A DNA stretch of 43,074 nucleotides from Asterionella formosa (Eukaryota), in assembly GCA_002256025.1 (NCBI GenBank), contig NKIB01014476.1:1-43074 (forward strand), read 5' to 3'. The stretch's first letter is position 1. Every line of letters starts with the position of its first letter. A model generated the notes under the pieces. The model was not told where the DNA came from. It did no database searches and saw only the letters and a program-made list of their open reading frames with translations. Below, piece after piece: positions 10,221-22,679 of the stretch. A program made the translations under genes and the position numbers.

Positions 10221-12930
10221 TCTGCTGTGAAAGATGGCAGCGCTTTTCCGTTTGAAACTTTATAACGGTTATAGGTAATCAAAATATATTGAAACATTTT
10301 GATAATTTTCATCATTTCAGAATTGGGGAGCCGGTCAGACTTCCAAGCAAGTAGGTTGAAACCGCTACGTGGAATTTTAGTTTATATTGCATGCAATTTG
10401 CTGATTACCGGACCTTCCAGCATGGAATGGATATGCGTGTGTTAAATTGGTTTCGATTAATTTATTTAAATGCTAATAATTTAATTAAAGAAACCGAGTA
10501 TATGTTTACGTCTAGGTAACTAATAAAAAACGCATTTTTCCGAGTAAGCCGACCGTCAAGTAGAAATTTGGTATGTTGGCTACACAATCCTTCATATGCG
10601 AACAGTAAAGACACTGGTGATGCCAGCGAATCGATGCAACTGTTAATAGACAGAGGGAGTACCATACTCTCAGCCAACTCTCAACTCTCCAACAGGTCGT
10701 ACCAGTGTACCTGGTACCAGGTACCAGGTACAGGTATCAGTACCTAGCAGGAGTACCCGCTACTAGACATTCGTAGTGAAACTTTTATTTATTAGGCCTA
10801 CAGTGGTACAAAATTGAACGCTCTTTCTACACATTTCTGTGATCTCCTTCCACATTTTTCTGTACTTCCCCCCCTGTTGATGTTCGACAGACCACATCAT
10901 CCTAATGTGTATGCTCGACACACCATATCCAACAGGAATTTTCATAGTGCCCTCTCTTTTTCGTTATCTCCTTTTTCTTTCTGTTCTTGCTAAGGACTTG
11001 AACTATTGACCTCTGGTTTTCATGTATACCCACGTACCACTTGTAATAACAAGCCCGCTACTATGTTGAAATATATGGCGCCTACTCTAGTGCGCTCCAG
11101 TACTGGTGCCCTGGAATGACCGGTCAGGATCTTTCTCGCACTGCTCGTTTGCGTATTATTTTGCTATATAAATACTGTCTATTTCCGTTTAGACATTCCT
11201 CAGCCTACATCTAGCTAGTCTTCGGATACCTGTCAACATAAACTGCCTAACAGACACACTTTGCCAACCCTCCTGGTGCCAAGAATGTAAAATGAACTGA
11301 TAGTACAATTGACTTTATGTCAGCCAGTATTGGTTGTTAGGCATGTGTTCTACAAGCACGTATGTTCTTGGAACATGATGTTTGCCCGGTATGGTACCAG
11401 GTACAGTACTGGTGGCAACATCATGACAATGATGATACGCCTATTTTAAACAGATAAATCACGAATTATAAACCAAAATTTTTTCAGCTACTGATGATGT
11501 AGTATATGTCTATTTGATGCACGACGGTTATGTACGAACTACTCGGGTTTTGATCTGGCAAGAAATCATGGAGATATTGTCATTGCGGTCGAGCGCCATG
11601 TTGATACCGCCGATTTTCTATTTTAGCTATTTCGCAATGAATATCAAAGCTGCGTGTTCGTTGCTAGCGACACGTGTGTTAAAGCAACTAAGAAAAGTGT
11701 TAAGCACTTATACAAAATTAAAAATTAAAAATCATTTTAATTTTATCTTGGTAATGGGAAAATTCTCAGGTTCGATTCATGAGCAATTGTATAATTATAT
11801 ATAGGCAGAGAGCATATACTGGTATATTATACATAAATGTGAATGTAACGCTAAATGTACCGGTATTCCCAAAATTGCAAGACTGGACATTAGCTGATAG
11901 GTGCTGGAGGCCCCGCAACTACCAGTACTCAGTACGAGGGAGTACAACCATCGCTCAGCCAAATAATTCTTCGATGTACATGCTGAGGAACTGTTTGCAT
12001 TGGACTACCTGCCGGTATTGTGCATAAAACAAAATGTAGTTTATGGTTGTATAATTAGCTATTAGCTTTTACCATTACCACCATTTTGTGAATATCTAAA
12101 TCTAGAGACTTGGGTGCAATTGAGTCAATAAAAAGTCGAAAAAGGGTATCGAGGATAGTAAGAAAGAGGATCAATCCCCTTTCAGCTGAATATGAAGTCA
12201 ACTTATAACATTATACTAGCTGGAGTACATGACTATAAATTCTAGTTTCATTTAACACCAACAATGTTGAGCAATAATCATCCAAAAAGTCGACTCAATC
12301 GGCTTTTTCAACTGTTGCCAAGCTATTTGAATCTGAATTTGTATGTATACAGCAAACGTCATCATTGGGATATGAATCTGCCTTGCAACTGAATATTTTT
12401 TGAAAGCATTCAAAATTTTAAATAATCCAGATGAACCATAATCTTTGGATAGTGATAAATTGAATGCTCTGGGCCATCATATTGCAAAAGTCAAGATGAA
12501 AATTTAACTCCCATGATCTAATATTTAAAACACAGCCGAGAGAGAAATTGTAATTAACATCATGCATTAATCAAAGGCGAAAGCAACATTAATAGATATG
12601 GTGCTAGGCGCAAATAGCATGGTGGTGCCAGGGGCAAATGGTGACCATTTCATGACACAACTTGTCAAAAGCATAATAATCATCACAATGCCTTCTTTGC
12701 TGCCTTGTTATGCTCAGTATGAAAATTTCAGATTTTATTTACTAGCTTCTGCTGCTGGACAAGATACTAAGCTAGTATAAAAATTATCTCAGGTCAAGCA
12801 TTGAAAACCTCTCAAGCAAAGGCTGCATGTGAAAAGTTGCATTAATAGCTCAGCCTCCTAGAATTGTATAACAATCAAACAAAACAATGGTGAATGAATT
12901 AATCAAGTAGTAGTAAGACTAATGATAATC

Positions 12931-13034
12931 TGTTTTATTTCCCATTCCTACTCCCCTTTTTCAAGGCAAGTATTCATTGTGCTACCTGCCAACAAGATCT
13001 GTGTTTCCCTAGTTTTGTTAGTGTAGGTGTAGTC
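12931..13034. repeat. Dispersed ~100-bp repeat, copy 2
   Basis: Matches 5250-5353 in the same orientation. Similarity stops abruptly after ...AGTC in both copies. Confidence 0.9.
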
Positions 13035-13794
13035 TTAGAGCGTAAATGCTCAGGATTTGGGTCAAAGTTTAAAAATGAACATGGTTAAACCATGTTCTTC
13101 TCCTGTTCAGTGGGTCACAGGATTTCCAATTTTTTTAATTGAGTCACAGCAGTTTTTTACTGGTACTCTGGTACCAGGCATAGCTATTCATAGATTCCCA
13201 TTACCTGGTACCAGGTACTAAGTAGCAGGCGGAGTGGGAGCTTTTTCCGGAGCGCTTGATTTGCACTTTTCAGCGACTACTAACTGTGCTTCGTAGACCA
13301 ACGGTCAAAGACTATTGTCGCTGAAGAGTAAGTAAGTGGTAAGTTTTGTTAGCCAAAACGACCGGACAGGAGCAGATAAACAAAGCAGAGTGTGCCTCAT
13401 CAAACCATTCTTCGTGCCCATCAAGGTGTGTTTTGTCCAGTCGTTTGATGCTCTTCCAATGATTTACAATAGCGATATGTGAAACGGTTACTACGCGGAA
13501 GTTTCAAAAGGACAGTGACGACAAGAGTTGTGTCATGGTCGGTTTGGTTGTTTGAGTTCTGGCTGGCGGTTTTTGGACAGTCTTTGAGATTGCGATAATG
13601 TAATGATATCATTTCGGGCTTTACTTCTGTCAGCGTTCCTTGTATGTGTTTGATTTATCTCACGAAGTCGACAGCCGGCGTCTTTTGACGTGCGGGCCTC
13701 GTTCGGCGGGGAAACCCGAACTCTCTACCTGGCGTTGAACACGAGCTCATACTGACATTGCTCCTTTCAACTGCTTACAGGAATATACTTTAAA

Positions 13795-14142
13795 ATGGTC
13801 AAGGGAGCGAACAAGCCGGATCTAGTCACTCGTGACTACACGATTCACCTTAGTAAGAGAGTCCACAAAATTCAATTCAAGCGTCGGGCTCCTCGCGCCA
13901 TTAAGGAAATCCGCAAGTTTGCCGAGGAGGTAATGAAGACGAAAGATGTACGAATTGATGCCAACTTGAATAAATTCATCTGGGCTACTGGGATCAAGAA
14001 CCCACCTACCCGCGTCCGTGTCCGTCTTTCTAGAAAGCGTAACGAGGATGAGGAGGCCGACGAAAAGCTTTACACTTTTTGCCAGCTGGTTGAGGTTTCT
14101 AGTTTTAAGGGACTTCAAACAGAAGCGGTTGATGTCGCCTAA
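13795..14142 (+). CDS. RPL31: 60S ribosomal protein L31 (eL31), with a probable 5' UTR intron (about 13328-13780)
   Basis: [33 protein letters not shown]...[31 protein letters not shown]. Upstream are GTAAGT donors, a CTGAC branch point at 13752 and a TTACAG acceptor ending at 13780. Confidence 0.98.
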   Translation: MVKGANKPDLVTRDYTIHLSKRVHKIQFKRRAPRAIKEIRKFAEEVMKTKDVRIDANLNKFIWATGIKNPPTRVRVRLSRKRNEDEEADEKLYTFCQLVEVSSFKGLQTEAVDVA

Positions 14143-14273
14143 ACAAACATTAATTTTAGAATTTCCTCATTCAGCACATGTTAGATAAAACCACAAAATT
14201 CTACATAAGAGTTTCTACCTTGTTTCTACGAAACATGTTCGAATAGTTATGTGCCTTTGACTTGCTGTTTCTG

Positions 14274-17003
14274 TTATCCCAACGCAGTTTGCATCATTTT
14301 CGTCAATTGCTCAACACGAGCATTAGGGTCCTGCGTGCTGCTTCCACTGACTTTAATGGTGAGAATCAACAAAGCTTCAGAAGACTTGGTAAGGTTGGAC
14401 TGGATCAAAAACAAGTCACCAGCAGAGTCTTGAGCATATAAGAAAAACTTAAATTCTGAAGCGAGCTCACCACTTGCCATGGTCAAAACATTACACGCGG
14501 AGAGAGCGGATTCCACCTCAGCAGTAGACGAGGGGAGAGACCGTAGGGCTATCGTAGCCACAATGGAATCGGCATCAGATATAGCACCCCATTTAGCCTG
14601 ATAATCTGCACCTGTCATGGCGACGTTGGGTTGCAAATTCAGTGCCGTTGCCACAGGAGAGGTAGCTACGACCGGAGAAGGACCGAAGCCAAGCAAGTCC
14701 ATAAAGCCGCTTGCCGGAGCCGCTTCGGGAAGTGGAGCAGGGATGTAGACAGGAGTCGTTGGTGGAACCACAAATGTGGAATCCGTTCCAGGAGCCAACG
14801 GGTGTTCGGGGGGCATCCTGATTAGTTTCACTAGATGTTCGGAAGCAACAAACTCTTCTGCTTTCTTCTGGTATAGAGTGCTCAACGTATTGAATTCCTC
14901 CATCAAAGAAGTACGAAGTTCAGCATCGTCTTCCTCAGAAAAGTTTGTCAGACCCCCAATGAATGAATTAGTCTTCACAACAGCCTCGACCACCTTTGGA
15001 TCACTACTTTTCAATAGGCGGTAGTAGAGGAGAGCACGATCGTGTAGATCTTGTGAAGAAACATCGTCCGTCGCCTTGACCAAGAGTCGACCCAGCATTT
15101 TTTGAACTTCAGGTGGACGCAGAAAAAATACCTTCATCGTCGACGTCAACAATGCAATCTTGATGGTCGGGTCGGTAATATCGTCGTAGGTATCAATCAA
15201 TTTTTCCAGTGAATATGGAGCTTCACGGACAATATCCCCGCACTCACCCAACAGATAGATTATGCTAGCCTTCCCACTTGCCTCGTGAATGTACTTGAGT
15301 GATCTAGGCAGCGGAGGCGCGATGACGGACTTCAAGGCAGGATGTTTTCGCACCATCTGAGCCAAGGCAGTTGCTGCTTCGGAACAAACATGATCAATGT
15401 CCAGGTCCAACATATCAACCAACCGACGAGCAATCGATTGCTCACAGCCTGGTCCTCCTACATTCCGACAGGCGATCCGTGTCATGCTTCTGACCGCCAA
15501 ACGACTCAAAGTGACATCGGCATCAGCGACAGATTCTGCAAGCTCCGCAACAATGTCGGGAGCATTGTCTGGGTTCGCAAGTTTGGGCAAAATTTTTATT
15601 TTGAGGTACTTGATGTAAGTGGGCTCGTGATACTTGCAGTAAAACTGACGATATTCATCATCAAATACACTTGGGCACAATTCAACCAAGGCTTCGACAT
15701 TCTGCAAGAGACAGTACACCAACTCACTGGATCCAGATGCTACCAAGGTAATCAAGGGCGCCTTGACACGAGTAACGACTTGACGCTTCATATTTTCCAC
15801 ATCGACACTCGCTCCTTCTGCTAGACTTAAAAAGGCCCGAATGACGGCCATGACAGCGGCAGCATTGGAAGTTCGTAAAACAGGGTCCAACAAATTCATA
15901 ATTTGAAAGGCTTCATCGTCAGTCGCAGGAATGTACCGAGGAATCAAGTCCAAGATTTGCAAAATGCCGAATTCCGAGAATTCGTGAAGTCGATTCAAGA
16001 GATGAAGCATAATGGCCCGATTAATGGCCATGCCTCCGTTGGGGCTATTAGACATGACTTCATTCAAGACCAAAATACAGTTGGAGACCACAGATGCATC
16101 TGGATCCCGGAGCATGTCATACAAAATGTCGACAAAATTGCTTCGTTCAAACGCCTCTTGGTCGAGATCGAATAGTTTCAGAGTACCTATGACGCCCGTC
16201 TTGCGCACGTATGCATGGCCATCATGAAGCGACCGACCTAGCGGTTCACTGATATATTCTACCATTTGAGGCAATCGTAAACTGCATAGAGCCCGTAAAG
16301 CGAGACCTCGAACCATGGGATCATCATTTCCACAGTCTTTTTGGAGGGTATTGGTGCACATTTGAGCAAGGTCCGGGTGGGTTTTTGCGTAGTTGCAGAG
16401 ATATAGATAGACCATCTTCTTGATGACAAGATCCCTGGTTTCGATGGCCAGCATCATTTCTGTAAAGAGACGAGAAACATCAATACCTAGCGTCATGTAG
16501 GCAATCACCTTTTTAATAATTTCTCGCTTTCGCTGAGGATCGCGCTCGGTGGAAAAGTTGCGCAGGAGGGTGCGAAGTTCATTGACTTCTCCCTTGCGTG
16601 ATTCAGTAAAATAGGAGTCTGCAACAGCAGCCGCGGTAGCAGGGACGTTTGCGCTTCCGGGAGGGGCTCCATTTTGGGGAGGGTAGGAAGAAGGACCGGG
16701 ATAGGAAGTCATTGTGGAGGCAGTCGTTGTCTTTCCGGACAAGAATCTTTGAAATATGTTCTGTCTTCTATTTGGATCTTTATACTTCTGATAGCTATCA
16801 ACTTCGTCAGAGCTATGAAGCTGAAGAGTTGTCGACGACGAGTACGATAGATCGACGTCTCTTGGCCTTGCTGGATCCAACAACGGAGTGTTGTTTCGAG
16901 GACTCTCTTGAATAAGTGACGGACCTTCGCGCTGATCTGGTTTCGTTTGTCGACTTCCGTTATCACGTATTTCCGCCAGATCCCGAGACTTGCCGCCTTG
17001 CAT
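14274..17003 (-). CDS. AP4B1: Adaptor protein complex beta subunit, most likely AP-4 beta; start at 17003 or 16712
   Basis: Adaptin_N motifs KGEVNELR, KKVIAYMTLGIDVSRLF, KKMVYLYL, DPMVRGLALR, AYVRKT and DLHDRALLYYRLL. A short hinge is followed by a single appendage platform (DYQAKW), an architecture typical of beta-4. Confidence 0.9.
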   Translation of the reverse strand: MQGGKSRDLAEIRDNGSRQTKPDQREGPSLIQESPRNNTPLLDPARPRDVDLSYSSSTTLQLHSSDEVDSYQKYKDPNRRQNIFQRFLSGKTTTASTMTSYPGPSSYPPQNGAPPGSANVPATAAAVADSYFTESRKGEVNELRTLLRNFSTERDPQRKREIIKKVIAYMTLGIDVSRLFTEMMLAIETRDLVIKKMVYLYLCNYAKTHPDLAQMCTNTLQKDCGNDDPMVRGLALRALCSLRLPQMVEYISEPLGRSLHDGHAYVRKTGVIGTLKLFDLDQEAFERSNFVDILYDMLRDPDASVVSNCILVLNEVMSNSPNGGMAINRAIMLHLLNRLHEFSEFGILQILDLIPRYIPATDDEAFQIMNLLDPVLRTSNAAAVMAVIRAFLSLAEGASVDVENMKRQVVTRVKAPLITLVASGSSELVYCLLQNVEALVELCPSVFDDEYRQFYCKYHEPTYIKYLKIKILPKLANPDNAPDIVAELAESVADADVTLSRLAVRSMTRIACRNVGGPGCEQSIARRLVDMLDLDIDHVCSEAATALAQMVRKHPALKSVIAPPLPRSLKYIHEASGKASIIYLLGECGDIVREAPYSLEKLIDTYDDITDPTIKIALLTSTMKVFFLRPPEVQKMLGRLLVKATDDVSSQDLHDRALLYYRLLKSSDPKVVEAVVKTNSFIGGLTNFSEEDDAELRTSLMEEFNTLSTLYQKKAEEFVASEHLVKLIRMPPEHPLAPGTDSTFVVPPTTPVYIPAPLPEAAPASGFMDLLGFGPSPVVATSPVATALNLQPNVAMTGADYQAKWGAISDADSIVATIALRSLPSSTAEVESALSACNVLTMASGELASEFKFFLYAQDSAGDLFLIQSNLTKSSEALLILTIKVSGSSTQDPNARVEQLTKMMQTALG

Positions 17004-18299
17004 ATACTCTCTAACAGGCGAGCTATTCGTAGTCTTGCTTAGTAATTGCAAGAGCAACAGTCAACGAAACAGGTCACGAAGTTGCAATCAAAACGCTATG
17101 GGTAATGTGCAGCAGTAGGTTAGTGCAACTGGTATATTTGTAAGTAGCTATGCAAACAACAATGCCAACGCAAATTTTCTAACATGAGCAATTCTTCCAC
17201 GATCATCGAGAGGCAGTGCAATCTTCATTGCACCCGGAAATTGCTGCTTAAATAAGAAATAATACCAGTACTATGATATGTAGCACATACTGCATACAGT
17301 ACCACCAGCAGCAAGTTGCGGTAATTTTGCTGAAATGGACAACGTGACGCAGGACAGGCGCACAAAACGACAGAATACCGGTAGAGAACATCAACTCTCG
17401 CTTTGAACAGTTGTATCACAACTTGTTATTGACATAAATAATTATTTCGTCTCAACACGGAAATAGGTAGTTTTTCCACTTTGGCCAGAAAAGCCGAATT
17501 TTAGAGACTTCAGGAAATTCAACGCATTTCCTGAAATTCATGGGAATTTTACCCACCTAAAAATACTTATCTACCTGAAGCATCTGTCACCTGCATTTTC
17601 TCATGCAAGCTTTTTATGGGGATTCTACAGTAGGTTCACAAAAGTGAATTGTCTGGCACTGTAATCACTGATCATGATGCAACTATAGTTGAACAGAGGG
17701 AGTAGCGTACTATGGTGGTGTAAGTACTGGTGTTTAGTATATGTGTTCATGGAGAGGAGGAAGTGATTGATGATGTGATAAGGATTGCTGTTCTTGTTGT
17801 GCCAAGGCAAGAGTGTACATATGTGGGCCACTGGATGAGCACAAGAACAAATATATATGAACATACACATATCCCAAACCAGGGATCAGGGGTTATGGGG
17901 TACTCCACATTCATTTACTCTTTACTCTCTGTACTGGCACATGGCTTGGCAACCAGGGGGTGAGCAGCAGTGACAATAATCAAGGAAAGACAATATATAG
18001 AGGATATATAGTACTGTATTTAGGATGATTGTGTCATGACCACGATGCATAATGAAATACTAGGAGTACAGTCAAAACGACTCCACCATCAGGTACCAGT
18101 ACTCTATAGACTATACAGACATGAAAACAAAACAGAATAGTTCCCATACTTGATGTTGAAATTGCTAAGTGTGTCCCATCGTCACTGTTGCCGATTATTT
18201 TACCGTTATATATAGTTTTATAATGGTACCCGGTGGAGTCCATTCATAAAAATAAGCAAAGCAAATCAGCATGCAAAGGAGTTCAGGTTCATTACCTTA

Positions 18300-20320
18300 G
18301 GGCTGATAAAATAAAAACTTTCTGATAAACAAACCCGGTGGCATGACGTCAAAAAGTATCTGTGCATCTTTTTTCTGATGAATGAACCCGGAAAGGAAGC
18401 AAAAAATTTAAGAGCAAAATTGAGATTGAAATCTCGATTTTGCTGGTAAACTGTGATGTGTTAGTTGGGTAGCCAATCATCATTTAGGTTGAGGTTGGGC
18501 AATCATTCCTGCTTCATGGGCTGGTGTGTTCTGCTGGTGGTCTGGTGTGTTTGGTGATATATATATATATATAATGATTTTTTCCATCCCCATATTTCAC
18601 CATCAGTGAACAGTCGTCAATGTCGGCTACTTCCAACAACCAGCAACTCTTCCTTCCAAGCAAGGTGGTTACAACATGGAACAGCACTCCTCCTCTGTCT
18701 CCTGGCAGCAAAGGATCATCAGCTACTAGTGGATCACAAAACTCAAGGTTCTCATGTAATCCAGCACCTCCTGGATTCACAGCAAAAACTGATGAATCTG
18801 TTGCAAGACGCATCCTCCTTCCCTCGCACATTGAAGAAAATCAGTTTTATATGGATCTCGTGCTTCTGCAACAGATACAGAAAGCGGTATATTTCTGCCT
18901 CCTGTCTCTCTGGTAGCACTACCATTAAACTTCCAATTGAACGAATTTGATCCCAACTCTTATCAAATTTCCAAGCGAGATGCAGACTCCTTTAAATCGC
19001 AATGGGCGCGAATGAGGTCGGAATTTTCTTTGAGATATTCAAGATTGGCGGGGCCGATCTGGTCAAATGGATCCAGACACTTTCCTGCTTTTTGCGATTC
19101 TTTACCATTTTTGATTTACATGTTCAAAGTGATGGCAGGGAAACCCATTCTCATGGGTCAAACTCTTCGTATTTTTCCATAATCGGAAATCAACTCAACA
19201 AAAAAACTTACATTTGGAATGACTGCGCAAGGTTGTAAATCCGTTGCAATCAAGAAGAGCAATGGCAATAGCGATGATGATTTTATTCCTGAAGAGGAGG
19301 ATAAAATTGATGAAAGTTTTCCAATTATTATCAGAAAAACGGAAAAAAGAGAATCATAATAAAATCATTGAATCCTCCTGTAAACAGGACAGCTGATGCG
19401 ACAAAAGCAATTGCTGAAGCGTTGAATATCTTGGGTAATGCTGCAATTCAGTAATTGCATTCAGCAAGTGCAATAAATGAACTTAGCTAGCAAGAAAGTA
19501 CAACAAGAGGAGCTTTACTTTGTATCTGAGGAAATCAAGGGCAAGAAGTGTACTGATTCTTTTAATGTAAGAAGGAAGAATGCAAGGTTTGTATTAATAA
19601 GTAATATGAGCAATGACTTGAATAAATAACTGGCGCATTCATATCAAGTATATTTGAGAACTACTGCTGATAAAAATACTGAATCAGTTGGTAGCTAAAA
19701 ACAGGAATGATGATAGCAGTGAAAGTGAAAGTGATTGTAATTAAAGATTAGCAGTGATCCATAAATAATTGATTATACTTCCATAATTTGCCCTGTTGGG
19801 GGGCCGCTGGGGCCTGCAAGCGCTCTAAAGATTGCTGAGGGTGCGCTGGAAATCGATGTAATTACAGCAGCTAAAAAATTCCCAAATTTCCTGTATACAG
19901 AAGTAGCGCCCACATTAAACCCCAACATGCATCAATGCATGTTGAACCTCCGTCCAAAACTGCGAAATGATAAGCACATGATTTCATCAATTGAAAGTAC
20001 CCGACTGTTGCATCAAACACACAAGAATGATTATAGAATAAAATATCAATGAAATTTGAACATGATGTTTGGAGCAACTAGTAGCTAAAGCATGATATGC
20101 AATGTAATAGGTTGCGTCATGTGAGAAATAAAAAATTTGGTTTACAAATTGAGTAAAAACTACCAGTTTCCATGACCTCCTTTTTGTTCGTCTCCTGAAA
20201 AGTGACTGCGGCAATTCACCTTTAACCATGTCGATCATCATCAATCATACTCATTCTGAAGCGAAATGAGTTCATTGATGACACCTGTAGAAAACTCATC
20301 ATTTGAGTCATCATGAAAGA
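18300..20320. mobile_element. Degraded, internally deleted PIF/Harbinger-like transposon: Myb/SANT-like ORF (+, about 18620-19500) and transposase N-terminal remnant (-, about 19800-20300)
   Basis: KRDADSFKSQWARMRSEFSLRYSR resembles a Myb/trihelix helix. The minus strand reads RRRTKRRSWK and MKSCAYHFAVLDGGSTCIDACWG, similar to the Harbinger LRxLAGGSYxD motif. Candidate left end TTA|GGGCTG at 18297-18305. Confidence 0.55.
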
Positions 20321-20323
20321 ATA

Positions 20324-21047
20324 GAATTTTTGGACAAAAGTGTCCGAAAATGCACAAACCGTCAGTCAGGGGATTTCATGACATTGCACATAATGCAAAT
20401 TTTCTAGTTGCTTAAATAACATGTATTGTATTGTTACATGTCAATATTTAACTTCAAAATGACCAGCTCAAGATTACATAGATATATGAACCACGACAAT
20501 TAGTACGTGCATGACAGTCAGTACAAAATTATGCCTTGACGTACTTTCTTGCATTTTGAGATATTGCCCCTCTCCAAGATTTCTATTGCTCAAGTTTCGC
20601 ATCTATTTATACATAAGATAGATAGAATTATCTAATAGTAGTTATCAAGCTAGTCACTGTGGACTCAACGATCTCTCGTTTTTGTTCGTATCCTCAAAAT
20701 TGAGAAAACGATGACAAAAACATTCTAGTGCCGATTTCTAACATTGTTGTCAATATTGGTGCAAATTTTTTATTCAGCTAGCCTAGGTATGACATTATAA
20801 TGCAGCAAGTACCATGTCATGAAACCAACCCCGATTACTGATGATTTCGATGATTATACAAAACTTGCTTATAATTTTCTTTTTTCATTTTAGTAAGCAA
20901 AAAAAGTCAATTAGAATTTAGTTCGAAAAATTTTCTATCATTGATATAAATTATAATTGAGTTGCTACATATTTAGTCAAAAAAAGTAATCACGAATTCT
21001 CCGGGCTAACTCATTGTGCATTTTCCGACACTTTTGTGCTAAAAGTG
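20324..21047. mobile_element. Non-autonomous Tc1/mariner-type element (MITE), 724 bp
   Basis: 34-bp terminal inverted repeats at 20324-20357 and 21014-21047 (29/34 match). TA on both flanks (20322-23, 21048-49). AT-rich non-coding interior. Confidence 0.85.
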
Positions 21048-21349
21048 TAGGGGACCGAGTCATCATTACCCCTGCAACTATCATCTAGCCACTCCTCTCA
21101 GCAGCAACAAAAACAACATAATGGGACTCCCCACCTGAAGCCAAGAAACTCATCAACTTCCTATCAAGAGAACCCACCCTGAATGCAATCACAAAATATA
21201 TAGAATTTCTCAGGCAAGCAAATAACTCCAGCTCTTGATATCTTGCATTGATTCATAATCTCAACTCACTTAACCAAGAAGATAACATCGCCCATCATCA
21301 CAGGTGGAACATCCAACAAAAATGCCAATACATTGCTCTCTCACTCTTA

Positions 21350-22654
21350 TTTTTTAAATTCACTTTTATAGCGCCTTCAAAGCTGCTCTATTTGTGATAG
21401 GGTAGCCCTCTTGACGGTACCTGGCGTGATCAGCCTGTGCTTTTTAAGAACCCTCCTGATATCATCATAACATTTGTAATGACTTCTGGCACTGTCAAGC
21501 GGGGGTATTTTTGGTGGGTAACACACATTCAACCGCCATTCAAAGTGTGTGGGAGTGCAAATGAGTGTTGAGAGGTGCTTCTTGTGCTGAGTTGCGTGTC
21601 ATTCTTTCACCCTGTCATTGGACCTGTGGTTGTTGTGGTCTGGTCGGCCACACCACTGTGGGTTGGTATAATGCCATTTGTTTGCTTGGTGCACTGGGAA
21701 TGAAGGTGTATTGCTATCCAGCACTTTTTGCCAGGTTTGCCGATTCCTCGACGAGAATATCTGTCTTTTCCAAAAAATTTGGACCCTGTTAATGCTGTTG
21801 GACTTGTGTTCTTGGTGCAAATCTTTAGTTCTTTCTAACCCCATTGAAACATTGATAATCCTGTGGTCATCTTTAAACTTTCTACTTTGTGCTTAAGTCT
21901 TGGACAACTGTTGTTGTTTGCGTGCTTTTACATCGAAAAGTTTTGCAATCTGGTATGGTGGTAAATTACTTGAATTCACCTTGATATTTATCTTGATCAT
22001 CCATAGATTTCTTTACAGCCACTGTACCATATGGGATGACACCATCTGTGAAGGTTTCTTTGTGTTTGCTGTTGTCTGTCCATTTAGGATGGAATTCAGG
22101 TCTCTTTCTATTTGTGGCACTGCCTTGGGCTCACTCATATAGGTGGCATTGTGACTTTGGAGTACAGTGAATCCGGTAATTTGATCCATTTTTCCATCCG
22201 ATAGCTAATTCTGTAGTTAATGTCTTTCCACTCTTTGTGTTTGCCCAGTCGACTTTGAGGACTGACGCGAATGCTGAATCTGCTGTTATTTCTTGCTGTA
22301 GTTGTCCTTTACTTTCCTTGCTGGTGTGTGTTATTTCCCTTGCCTTGAATTGCTTTGCGGAAAATATCTCCGACTTCTGCGACATTGCCATCGTCAAGTA
22401 TGCAGGGTGCTACCGTTAATGCTTGTAATTTCCTCATTTTTTCTATAATTAGATCGCTTCCTTTGGTGACTTTTATGGCGGTGTGTCGCAACGAAGATAA
22501 TGCTGGCGGTTTGCTGGTATTTTTACAAACATACCAGAGCGATTGCTTTTTTGCCATGGCGATGACGCCTTTTCCGCCGATTCCCCATAGGGAACCCGGA
22601 AGCATGGATAGCTTGACTACCAGAGGATTCCTTGCTTCTCTGCTTTTGTACTAG
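21350..22654 (-). pseudogene. Decayed coding remnant, possibly a retroelement RNase H region
   Basis: Frameshifted fragments NVAEVGDIFRKAIQ, EITADSAFASVL and YRIHCTPKSQCH fall in an order loosely like RNase H E/D/H motifs. The A-rich sense strand has many stops. Confidence 0.3.
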
Positions 22655-22679
22655 ACTAGTCCACTGGTCCATTCGAAAT

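Noticed and set aside
12100..12850. Possible decayed transposase
   Set aside because: Only short protein-like fragments, with no motif I could assign.
13440..13640. Box C/D snoRNA in the RPL31 intron
   Set aside because: No canonical RTGATGA plus CTGA pair with a terminal stem was found.
14631..16966. Multiple short antisense or alternate-frame ORFs over AP4B1 (similarly over the shikimate, MATE, MDR and CIR1 genes)
   Set aside because: These are shadow ORFs of real CDSs with no recognisable motifs.
18557..18573. (AT)n microsatellite
   Set aside because: Ordinary short simple repeat.
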